The notes under the pieces: model-generated
What the model was told of the DNA's origin: nothing
Seen by the model: only the letters and a program-made list of their open reading frames with translations
Database searches by the model: none
Translations under genes and position numbers: made by a program
NCBI GenBank assembly: GCA_947626095.1
Contig: CANQQV010000022.1
Location: forward strand, 1-19,616
DNA length: 19,616 nt
From: an uncultured Bacilli bacterium
Lineage (GTDB): Bacteria > Bacillota_I > Bacilli_A > RF39 > UBA660
Reading direction: 5' to 3'
Shown here: in pieces, positions 1 through 6,785 of the stretch
Layout of the letters: each line of letters opens with the position of its first letter
Position numbering within the stretch: the stretch's first letter is position 1

Positions 1-10
1 CTTGGTAAAT

Positions 11-59
11 AATTTAACATAAAAAAATAAGATATAAATATTAAATTATTTACATCTTA
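11..59 (-). terminator. Intrinsic terminator fused to extended -10-like box (junction motif copy)
   Basis: Minus strand reads TAAGATGTAAATA-loop-TATTTATATCTTA, then T6, then TATGTTAAATT; lies downstream of the 88..813 gene. Confidence 0.6.
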
Positions 60-87
60 AAGTATACTTGTAATTTGCATCTAAAAC

Positions 88-813
88 TTAATTTATACGT
101 CCTAAAAATAAAAGTATATCAAAAAATATTACTAAAGCTAAACTGAAATAGAACATTATATATTTTAATTTACTATTTAAATTAAAATCTGTAAAAAATA
201 AATTTCTAATCTTATCAATTAATTTAAATCTAGTTATTAAAAATGTAAAAATTAACGTTCCCAAATAATTTAAAATAATATCATCAATATCAAAAGTACC
301 AGTATGTGTAAATGCTTGTATAACTTCAATACATATAATAATAGGTATTGTAATAAGTGATTGTTTAAAAATGTTTTTATATTTTAAATTTTTTAACATT
401 AGTAAAAATGAAAGAGGTATTATCATAACACTATTACCTATTATATTTTTTAAAATAGAATTGGTACTACCATATTTAAATTGATTAATTATTGTAGCAA
501 AAGGAGTAGACTGACCAGAATACCACCAATTATAAAATTTAATACTATCTCTACCTATATAAAAAGTAACGCTAATCAATAATAATAAATATAAGATTAT
601 ATATATAACGATGTTTATTTTATATTCTTTTTCTTTTTTTAATAAAAGACCAGATGTATAAACAAATGCACTAATTAGTAACATAAATAAAATACATTTA
701 AAATAAGAAACATGATAAATAAAACGATTTACACCAATAAAAAGTAAATAAATATAAATTAAAATATTAATTATTAAAATACTATATTTAATTAATGTTA
801 TTCTTTTATTCAT
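88..813 (-). CDS. VanZ-like family membrane protein
   Basis: 241 aa, multiple TM segments; NIIGNSVMIIP and IEVIQAFTHTGTFDIDDIILNYLG match the VanZ-like consensus; GGAG RBS. Confidence 0.8.
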   Translation of the reverse strand: MNKRITLIKYSILIINILIYIYLLFIGVNRFIYHVSYFKCILFMLLISAFVYTSGLLLKKEKEYKINIVIYIILYLLLLISVTFYIGRDSIKFYNWWYSGQSTPFATIINQFKYGSTNSILKNIIGNSVMIIPLSFLLMLKNLKYKNIFKQSLITIPIIICIEVIQAFTHTGTFDIDDIILNYLGTLIFTFLITRFKLIDKIRNLFFTDFNLNSKLKYIMFYFSLALVIFFDILLFLGRIN

Positions 814-864
814 AATTTCTCCACTCCTACAAAATACTATTTATCTTATTAACACAAATTCGAA

Positions 865-1164
865 TTATTTTTTATTTGGTAAATTCTTGCAAGTATCAAT
901 AACTATTTCTTTTAAAGATTCTTGATTATCTATATCATCTACTAAATACATAGGTTTAGCACCATCATAAGGAATAGATTCTTGCATATTGTATTTTTTA
1001 TTACTATCTACTATCTTAACAAGTAATCTATCATCATATATTCCACCGAATAATATTCCATTATAATAAAGTAAATATTCTCCCATCATTGGTTTACAAG
1101 TAATGTTATCTAATAAATTTAACTGTTCCAATACAAAATCTTTATATTCTTTTGTTGTAGCCAT
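865..1164 (-). CDS. TfoX N-terminal domain protein
   Basis: 99 aa; ITCKPMMGEYLLYYNGILFGGIYDDRLLVK and PYDGAKPM are typical of small TfoX_N proteins. Confidence 0.85.
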   Translation of the reverse strand: MATTKEYKDFVLEQLNLLDNITCKPMMGEYLLYYNGILFGGIYDDRLLVKIVDSNKKYNMQESIPYDGAKPMYLVDDIDNQESLKEIVIDTCKNLPNKK

Positions 1165-1211
1165 TATATCAACTCACTTTCAAATTATTATTTTTATTGA
1201 AATAATTTTCT

Positions 1212-1841
1212 TTATCTAATAAAATTTGTAAATGTTATTGTTTCTAGTTCTGGTGGATTGATACCTTTTTCTTTGCCTGCTTCTATGCATTTTAAATAAT
1301 AAGCCATATTTTTACCAAGGATTCTCATTATTTGCATACCTTCTTCATCTTTTCTTACTTCATCAGGTGTAGAACCATGTACCATATTCCAATATCTAGA
1401 AGAAATTACGGGCATTTGATTCATTGTATAATATTTATTTAATTGGTCAAAAGTAGCAGTTGTTCCTGCTCTTCTTGCTGAAACTATTGTTGCAGCTGGT
1501 TTTAATCTAAATATATCTTGATTTGAAAAAGTTGAATAAAAAAGGCGATCCATAAAAGAAGTTATGGCTCCGGATGCTGAGGCATAATGAACTGGTGTAC
1601 CAAAAACAAAACCATCAGCTTTTTTAGCTTTTTCCGCAAACTCATTTACAACATCATTAAATACACATTTGCCAAGTTCAGAACATTTATGGCAAGCAAT
1701 ACATCCAGATATCGGTTTAATACCTATCCAAAATATTTCAGTTTCTATTCCTTCATTATTTAATTCTTTAGCTACTTCACTAAGAGCAGTATAAACACAC
1801 CCTTCTTTATGTGGGCTTCCATTTACTAGTAATACTTTCAT
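1212..1841 (-). CDS. Flavodoxin family / NADPH-dependent FMN reductase (iron-sulfur flavoprotein-like)
   Basis: MKVLLVNGSPHKEG, CIACHKC...C cluster, GTPVHYA; start moved to ATG at 1841 because GGAG lies at 1851-1854. Confidence 0.9.
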   Translation of the reverse strand: MKVLLVNGSPHKEGCVYTALSEVAKELNNEGIETEIFWIGIKPISGCIACHKCSELGKCVFNDVVNEFAEKAKKADGFVFGTPVHYASASGAITSFMDRLFYSTFSNQDIFRLKPAATIVSARRAGTTATFDQLNKYYTMNQMPVISSRYWNMVHGSTPDEVRKDEEGMQIMRILGKNMAYYLKCIEAGKEKGINPPELETITFTNFIR

Positions 1842-1883
1842 AACAATTATCTCCATTCTTAAATTAATCTTTTCTTAATGAAA

Positions 1884-1930
1884 ATTATATCATGAAAAAT
1901 AGCAAACTTTGTATATATCGTTTGCTATTT
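1884..1930 (-). promoter_or_regulatory. Terminator hairpin fused to extended -10 promoter (junction motif copy)
   Basis: Minus strand AAATAGCAAAC-12nt-GTTTGCTATTT TT CATGATATAAT. Confidence 0.7.
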
Positions 1931-1937
1931 ATTTTAT

Positions 1938-2825
1938 CTAATTACTTACTTTGATATCGCCACAATCATTTTCGATTTTTAGAGTAATATCAGATTTATT
2001 ATAATTGTTATTTATTTTTACTTTACCTAAATCAGTTGCAGCATAAATAAATAATTCATTGGTCTTTCCTATTTCGATGTCACCATAGTCATCTTTAATA
2101 TAAGAATCTTTTTGTAAATTAATATTCTTAACTTTGATATTACCACAATCGTTTTCAAGATTAAGATAATTATTAACTGCATTAATTTTAATATCACCAT
2201 AATTATTTATGACTGTTACATCATTGACATTAGAAATAGAAACATCACCACAGTCTTCATTTATGTTTATTATATTAGATTCTCCTATTTCAACATCGCC
2301 ATAATTATTATCTACTTTGATATTATTACCACCAAGGATTTTTACATCACCGCAATCTTCTTCAATGTCAATATTAGCATTTAATAATTCATCGATATAA
2401 ATATCGCCATAATTATTCTTAATATTAATATCGCCATTAAAATCTTCTGGTAGATAAATTTCTACTTTAGATGATTTTTGATTAAAACAAAAACCAACAC
2501 ATTTTTCTTCACTAATTTTTATGTTTAAAGTATCATTATTAGTTGCAACATCTGTATGATCTTTTTCACCATATATTATGGCTTTAATATTATCGTCATT
2601 TGATTTTTTTATATTTATTTCACTAATCGAAGAATCAATTATAATTTTATTAAATTTTTCTTCATAAGTTTGATCAAGAATTAATTCATTACTACTTTGT
2701 AAACCAAATTTAAAACCACTAAATTTAAAATCGCTTTGTAAAAGTTTTACAAAAAATATAGAAAGACCTACCATTAAAATTGTTAAGATAACAATTAAAG
2801 TTATAATCAAATATTTATTTTTCAT
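1938..2825 (-). CDS. DUF4097-like beta-strand repeat protein with N-terminal membrane anchor
   Basis: N-terminal TM helix; about 9 repeats of IxIxNNYGDI / IxIxEDCGDV; overlaps the end of the upstream XRE gene, suggesting translational coupling. Confidence 0.8.
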   Translation of the reverse strand: MKNKYLIITLIVILTILMVGLSIFFVKLLQSDFKFSGFKFGLQSSNELILDQTYEEKFNKIIIDSSISEINIKKSNDDNIKAIIYGEKDHTDVATNNDTLNIKISEEKCVGFCFNQKSSKVEIYLPEDFNGDINIKNNYGDIYIDELLNANIDIEEDCGDVKILGGNNIKVDNNYGDVEIGESNIININEDCGDVSISNVNDVTVINNYGDIKINAVNNYLNLENDCGNIKVKNINLQKDSYIKDDYGDIEIGKTNELFIYAATDLGKVKINNNYNKSDITLKIENDCGDIKVSN

Positions 2826-3462
2826 CTTTAAGACTCCATAACATAAATATTAGTTTTAAGATTTCTTCAAATAAACCAAAGATAACCCATATTATCCAGG
2901 TTAAATTCCAAGCCATAGTTTTAAAACTTATAATAAGATAGATAATAGTTACAATGATTGCTACAACATTAGATATTTGATTTTTTATTTTATCTAGTTC
3001 AGTTTCTTCTTTCTTTTTTTCTTTTTTATACACAATACAAACATAAACAATCATACCTGTTGCTATTCCACAAATTAGTAAGAAGATTGCAGACGCTACT
3101 ATAGGATTCAAATTCATAACTGGGATAGAAATCATTACCCATATAACCGATAGAAAATATAAGATAACACTAACGGCTATTCCTTTAACTTTTTTATTTA
3201 ATTTGATTTTTTCTTCTTCAGGATTAATTAAATTTTCATTATTATTTGAATTTTCTTTTCTTTCTAATTTAATAAATAATTCATTTGGACTTATACCATA
3301 TAACTCACATAAAGGAACAATTTTATCAAAATCAGGCATACTTTGATCTGTCTCCCATTTTGAGATTGTTTGTCTAGTAACATTTAGTTTATCTGCTACT
3401 TCTTCTTGGGATAATTTTTTGTCTTTTCTTAATTCATATAATCTTTCACCTAGATTATTCAT
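2815..3462 (-). CDS. XRE-family HTH regulator with C-terminal membrane domain
   Basis: LGERLYELRKDKKLSQEEVADKLNVTRQTISKWETDQSMPD, then about 4 TM helices; start moved to ATG at 3462 (GAGGTGAGG RBS). Confidence 0.9.
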   Translation of the reverse strand: MNNLGERLYELRKDKKLSQEEVADKLNVTRQTISKWETDQSMPDFDKIVPLCELYGISPNELFIKLERKENSNNNENLINPEEEKIKLNKKVKGIAVSVILYFLSVIWVMISIPVMNLNPIVASAIFLLICGIATGMIVYVCIVYKKEKKKEETELDKIKNQISNVVAIIVTIIYLIISFKTMAWNLTWIIWVIFGLFEEILKLIFMLWSLKDEK

Positions 3463-3557
3463 TTTCCTCACCTCACAAGCAAAATTATACATTTCATTTT
3501 TGTTGCAATCTACCAATTTGAGTTGGAAATTTGTCAACTGATATTAACATTGTAATA

Positions 3558-3594
3558 AATATAACATGAAAAAAGCAAACTATTTTAGCTTGCT
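3558..3594 (-). promoter_or_regulatory. Terminator hairpin fused to extended -10-like box (junction motif copy)
   Basis: Minus strand AGCAAGCTA-AAA-TAGTTTGCT TTTTT CATGTTATATT. Confidence 0.65.
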
Positions 3595-3609
3595 AATATT
3601 GTTTATAAT

Positions 3610-4500
3610 TTATATTATATCAGAAATATTATTTATAAGTAGTTTACTGACTTCTTTATCACTCATTAAAGTTATAGAAAAAGTTTTATAACCTATCCTA
3701 TTAATACTAGCTCCACAATGGTATACTTTTTTGTTATCTATGATAAAATAACGATCGTGAAAAGTATCATCATATTTAATAACCAAATTATTATATTGCT
3801 TATTATATTTTAAAATATCCTGATCAGTAATTAAGTTATTTTTTTTAGTAATAATAGTTACATTAATACTTAATCTTTTTATAATATCTAACAATGTATT
3901 ATCAGCATAAGCATCAACTATTATTAAACTAGATTTAGCTTTTTTAAATATTTCTAAAATTTTAGAGTATGCATCCCATATTTGACCATTAAAATATATT
4001 TCTGTGTTTTTTCTATTTTTATCAAACTTCTTAAATGATTCTTGAAGTAACTTTATATTTTCAGTATTTTGCATAACTTGATTATTGATATATCTCTGTT
4101 CTAATAAATTAGTTGAAATATATTTACGCATCATAACAAAAGCATCCATTATTTTTATACTTACTTCAGTCGCAACTTTTGATTTTAAAATAGTTGCTAA
4201 CATAGCTACTCCTTGCTCTGTAAAAACACGAGGCATATATTTTCTATGAGCACCTCTACCTGATGTTTTAATTTTTAAGGTCGAAATTTTCGACCTTAAA
4301 AAAGTCCAATCATCATTTGATAGTACCCAAGAAAATCTTTCAGGAAATTTTTCAAAATTATTTTTAACGGCTTCATTTATTCTTTTTGTTTCCACCTGAT
4401 ATAGTTCAGCTAAATCAGAATCTAACATTACTTGTTTTCCTCTTACTTCATAAATCATATTCTCAACTACAATTTTACTTTCTGTAATTAATTCTTCCAT
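3610..4500 (-). CDS. ORF6N-domain DNA-binding protein with C-terminal PLD-like (HDR) domain
   Basis: N-terminus IYEVRGKQVMLDSDLAELYQVETKRINEAVKNN..KFPERF and PRVFTEQGVAMLATIL are ORF6N-type; C-terminus FHDRYFIIDNKKVYHCGASIN resembles a PLD-like motif; AGGAGG RBS. Confidence 0.88.
   Translation of the reverse strand: MEELITESKIVVENMIYEVRGKQVMLDSDLAELYQVETKRINEAVKNNFEKFPERFSWVLSNDDWTFLRSKISTLKIKTSGRGAHRKYMPRVFTEQGVAMLATILKSKVATEVSIKIMDAFVMMRKYISTNLLEQRYINNQVMQNTENIKLLQESFKKFDKNRKNTEIYFNGQIWDAYSKILEIFKKAKSSLIIVDAYADNTLLDIIKRLSINVTIITKKNNLITDQDILKYNKQYNNLVIKYDDTFHDRYFIIDNKKVYHCGASINRIGYKTFSITLMSDKEVSKLLINNISDII
4272..4302. repeat. 31-bp palindrome inside the ORF6N coding sequence
   Basis: TTTTTAAGGTCGAAA-T-TTTCGACCTTAAAAA: perfect 15-bp arms with a 1-nt centre; encodes FLRSKISTLK. 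Confidence 0.97.
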
Positions 4501-4520
4501 TTTAATACTCCTCCTACTAT

Positions 4521-4598
4521 TGTTTTATTTTTTGTGGTCGAAATTTTCGACCTCAAGTTTTCATATTCATTATTTGTTAATATCCAAGAAAACCTTTT
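4521..4598 (-). repeat. Silent variant copy of ORF6N segment 4264-4341, including palindrome core 4536-4552
   Basis: Ungapped alignment, 59/78 nt identical by hand count; translates KRFSWILTNNEYENLRSKISTTKNKT versus gene ERFSWVLSNDDWTFLRSKISTLKIKT. Confidence 0.92.
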
Positions 4599-4610
4599 TA
4601 ATCACTCTAT

Positions 4611-4654
4611 TGTTGTTTTAATTTTTTTGGTCGCAATTTTCGACCAAAAAAATT
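4611..4654 (-). repeat. Second variant copy of the ORF6N palindromic segment
   Basis: TGTTGTTTTAATTTTTTTGGTCGCAATTTTCGACCAAAAAAATT aligns ungapped to the gene from 4261 onward; translates FFWSKIATKKIKTT; palindrome 4620-4654 has one mismatch. Confidence 0.92.
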
Positions 4655-4692
4655 TACTTCCTTTAATTAATTCTTCCGTTTTACCATCCCCT
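4653..4692 (-). pseudogene. Degenerate copy of ORF6N RBS and first 9 codons (ATG changed to ACG)
   Basis: 4653-4679 matches 4474-4500 at 24/27 nt (TEELIKGSK versus MEELITESK); preceded by a purine-rich GGGGATGG. Confidence 0.85.
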
Positions 4693-4697
4693 AAAAT

Positions 4698-4727
4698 AAA
4701 AAAGACACACTCATAAATGAGTATGTC
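4698..4727 (-). terminator. Intrinsic terminator
   Basis: Minus strand GACATACTCA-TTTA-TGAGTGTGTC followed by TTTTTT. Confidence 0.85.
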
Positions 4728-4810
4728 CGCATCTTGTTAATTATTTCTTGCCTAAATAAATAACGCTATCGTTTAAATTGTCATATTAACACTTGGCAAG
4801 TAATTAATAT
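4698..4810 (-). ncRNA. Putative ~110-nt structured small RNA or leader upstream of the ORF6N locus
   Basis: Lies between TGATATAAT (4817-4825) and a terminator; outer stem TTAATTACTTGCC / GGCAAG(AAA)TAATTAA encloses two small hairpins. No family recognised. Confidence 0.45.
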
Positions 4811-4816
4811 GTTTAT

Positions 4817-4825
4817 ATTATATCA
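4817..4825 (-). promoter_or_regulatory. Extended -10 promoter
   Basis: TGATATAAT on the minus strand. Confidence 0.65.
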
Positions 4826-4855
4826 TTTTTGATACTATAAATAAAGTTTATTTTA

Positions 4856-5848
4856 TTAGAAGAAACCTCTTCCTTCAATATACCAATTATTATTTTTATC
4901 TTTAACTAATAACCATTTATAATGTTCTAATGAATTAGCACTAAAGCCAGAATCTTTAGGAATATAAAGTTCTTTATATGTTTCAAAATGAGTAGATAAA
5001 ATTAATACTTTATCGACATTATATTCTTTTAAATAACTTTGGTATTCATCTTCACTTAGTTCTACATATGTTAAATCAGTTGTTGTAGCTGGATATTCTT
5101 TTAATTTATTTAAGACAAGCAATACAGCTTCTACCATTTCTTCATTAGTATATCTATCATTATCAGAAATATTAATTTCAACATTAGATATATCACCATC
5201 TTTATGAATATGATTAGGAATAAGTCCTAGAAAAGAGGTTACATATAATACTAAACATAAAATAGAAATATATATTAAAGGCTTTTTTAATTTATCTGAT
5301 ACTGAACAAATTATATTACCAACAATAAAACCAATAAAGATAAAGACTAAATAAACACCAATTAAAGACAAAGTATCTATTTGTTTATAGAAAAATAAAC
5401 TAGTAATTAAAAATGATATTATAGAAATAATTGGATAGATAAATTTATTCTTATTAACAATAGTAAAGAAGGTAGAAAAGATTAAAGTAATTAAATAAAT
5501 AATCCATATTACACTACTATCTTCCTTGATAAATAATGGCAAAACAAATAAAAGTAAGATATTTAAAGCTAGTAAAGCTGGTACAATATATTCACTAAAA
5601 CGACTTTCCTTCTTTTCTTTTAAAGTAGTTACCTCTTTATTCATATCATCACCTAATAACTCATCGCAAGAAATATCCAAAGTCTTAGCAAGTTTTGGAA
5701 CTAATTTAGTATCAGGTAAACGATCATTATGTTCCCATGCTAAAATTGTTTCTTTACTAACTCCCATTATTTCACTAAGTTCTTTTTGACTTAATTTCAT
5801 CTTCTTACGATTTTCTGTAATTATTTTACCTACATCATTTTTATTCAT
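4856..5848 (-). CDS. XRE-family HTH regulator with multi-TM region and extracellular (DUF4829-like) C-terminal domain
   Basis: HTH LSQKELSEIMGVSKETILAWEHNDRLPD; about 5 TM helices; soluble C-terminal domain ending WYIEGRGFF; ATG at 5848 preferred given the GAGGAG RBS. The DUF assignment is tentative. Confidence 0.8.
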   Translation of the reverse strand: MNKNDVGKIITENRKKMKLSQKELSEIMGVSKETILAWEHNDRLPDTKLVPKLAKTLDISCDELLGDDMNKEVTTLKEKKESRFSEYIVPALLALNILLLFVLPLFIKEDSSVIWIIYLITLIFSTFFTIVNKNKFIYPIISIISFLITSLFFYKQIDTLSLIGVYLVFIFIGFIVGNIICSVSDKLKKPLIYISILCLVLYVTSFLGLIPNHIHKDGDISNVEINISDNDRYTNEEMVEAVLLVLNKLKEYPATTTDLTYVELSEDEYQSYLKEYNVDKVLILSTHFETYKELYIPKDSGFSANSLEHYKWLLVKDKNNNWYIEGRGFF

Positions 5849-5895
5849 ATTCAAATATCTCCTCTGTTAATTAGTTATTATACATCAAAATATAA

Positions 5896-6693
5896 CTAAT
5901 TCATCAAAAACATTGGCATAAATTCTTCAATCGTATAAGTTTTATTATCACCAGGTAGAGTTACATATGAATAAGCATTATTCTTTTCAGCTACTTGGAA
6001 TACATCATCTGTCCAACTAACTGTTCCCCTACCAGTTACTTTTGTATTCCATTCATCACTACCATAAGATTTAGTAGTCTTGGTAACATTAATATAACTA
6101 AAGCCATAATTAGCTCGATTATTATCTATTTTATAAATATAAGTTTCATAAACTATTTCACCTGCTCCACCATGGAAGACAGCCATATAATTATCAGGTA
6201 TTTCATTCTTATCAATTGCTTCTTTATGATAAACAATTTCATAATCATCTAAGTCCTTAATAGTAATTCTTTTATTCTTTAAGGCTTCCTCAACAGTTTC
6301 TTCATAACCATGAGTATATCTAACTAAAATATATTTACTTTTTATACAACCATAATAATAGACATAATCATCATCACGATAGAATTCTTCTAAAGCTTCA
6401 GCACAAACAAAATCCTTTATATCTTTAGTTGTATCAACTATTTCTTTTACTTCATATTCTGCTGGACAAGCATATTTAACAGTCTTAAATAAAGTTTTTT
6501 CTTCTTTATTATTACAATAATAATGATTTACTAATAATCCTTTATCAATATAAGATGTTTCACCACCATTATAATGTTCACGTATTTTTAGTAATGGACT
6601 ATTATTTAGTAATTTAGCTTGTAATGTATCCACTACAATAAGAGCAAATAAAACTACTATAACAATTAAAAATATCTTTAAAGCCTTTTTCAT
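5896..6693 (-). CDS. Hypothetical membrane-anchored or secreted protein
   Basis: 265 aa; N-terminal basic plus hydrophobic segment; AAAGGAGGTG RBS; own -10 box at 6717-6725. Confidence 0.8.
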   Translation of the reverse strand: MKKALKIFLIVIVVLFALIVVDTLQAKLLNNSPLLKIREHYNGGETSYIDKGLLVNHYYCNNKEEKTLFKTVKYACPAEYEVKEIVDTTKDIKDFVCAEALEEFYRDDDYVYYYGCIKSKYILVRYTHGYEETVEEALKNKRITIKDLDDYEIVYHKEAIDKNEIPDNYMAVFHGGAGEIVYETYIYKIDNNRANYGFSYINVTKTTKSYGSDEWNTKVTGRGTVSWTDDVFQVAEKNNAYSYVTLPGDNKTYTIEEFMPMFLMN

Positions 6694-6716
6694 ATAAACA
6701 CCTCCTTTATAGATTT

Positions 6717-6780
6717 ATTATATCATGAATTATTTTATCTATTAAAAAAAAACAAATCATTTAATTTTGATTTGTTTTTT
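6717..6780 (-). promoter_or_regulatory. Terminator (6744-6780) followed by CATGATATAAT extended -10
   Basis: AAAAAACAAATCA / TGATTTGTTTTTT hairpin after the MATE stop; TTCATGATATAAT further downstream on the minus strand. Confidence 0.7.
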
Positions 6781-6785
6781 AATTA

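Noticed and set aside
12-22. TTATGTTAAAT (minus strand), identical to the E. coli dif XerD arm
   Set aside because: No XerC-like arm at 6-bp spacing; better explained as an extended -10-like box after a terminator in AT-rich DNA.
4169-4184. GTCGCAACTTTTGATT (LKSKVAT) resembling a fourth palindrome copy
   Set aside because: Weak symmetry and low identity; likely coincidental coding sequence.
4602-4604. In-frame TGA between the cassettes suggesting genetic code 4 read-through
   Set aside because: Long ORFs translate intact under code 11 with TGG for Trp, and TGA ends the genes at 17256 and 18445; the cassette frame also has ACG instead of ATG and is out of frame with ORF6N.
4261-4654. CRISPR array interpretation of the three palindromic repeats
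   Set aside because: Spacing is irregular (257 and 93 bp), one copy is inside a CDS, the intervening DNA is gene-derived, and no cas genes are present.
4534-4716. 60-aa plus-strand ORF in the ORF6N upstream region
   Set aside because: No RBS; it is the antisense shadow of the in-frame ORF6N-derived fragments on the minus strand.
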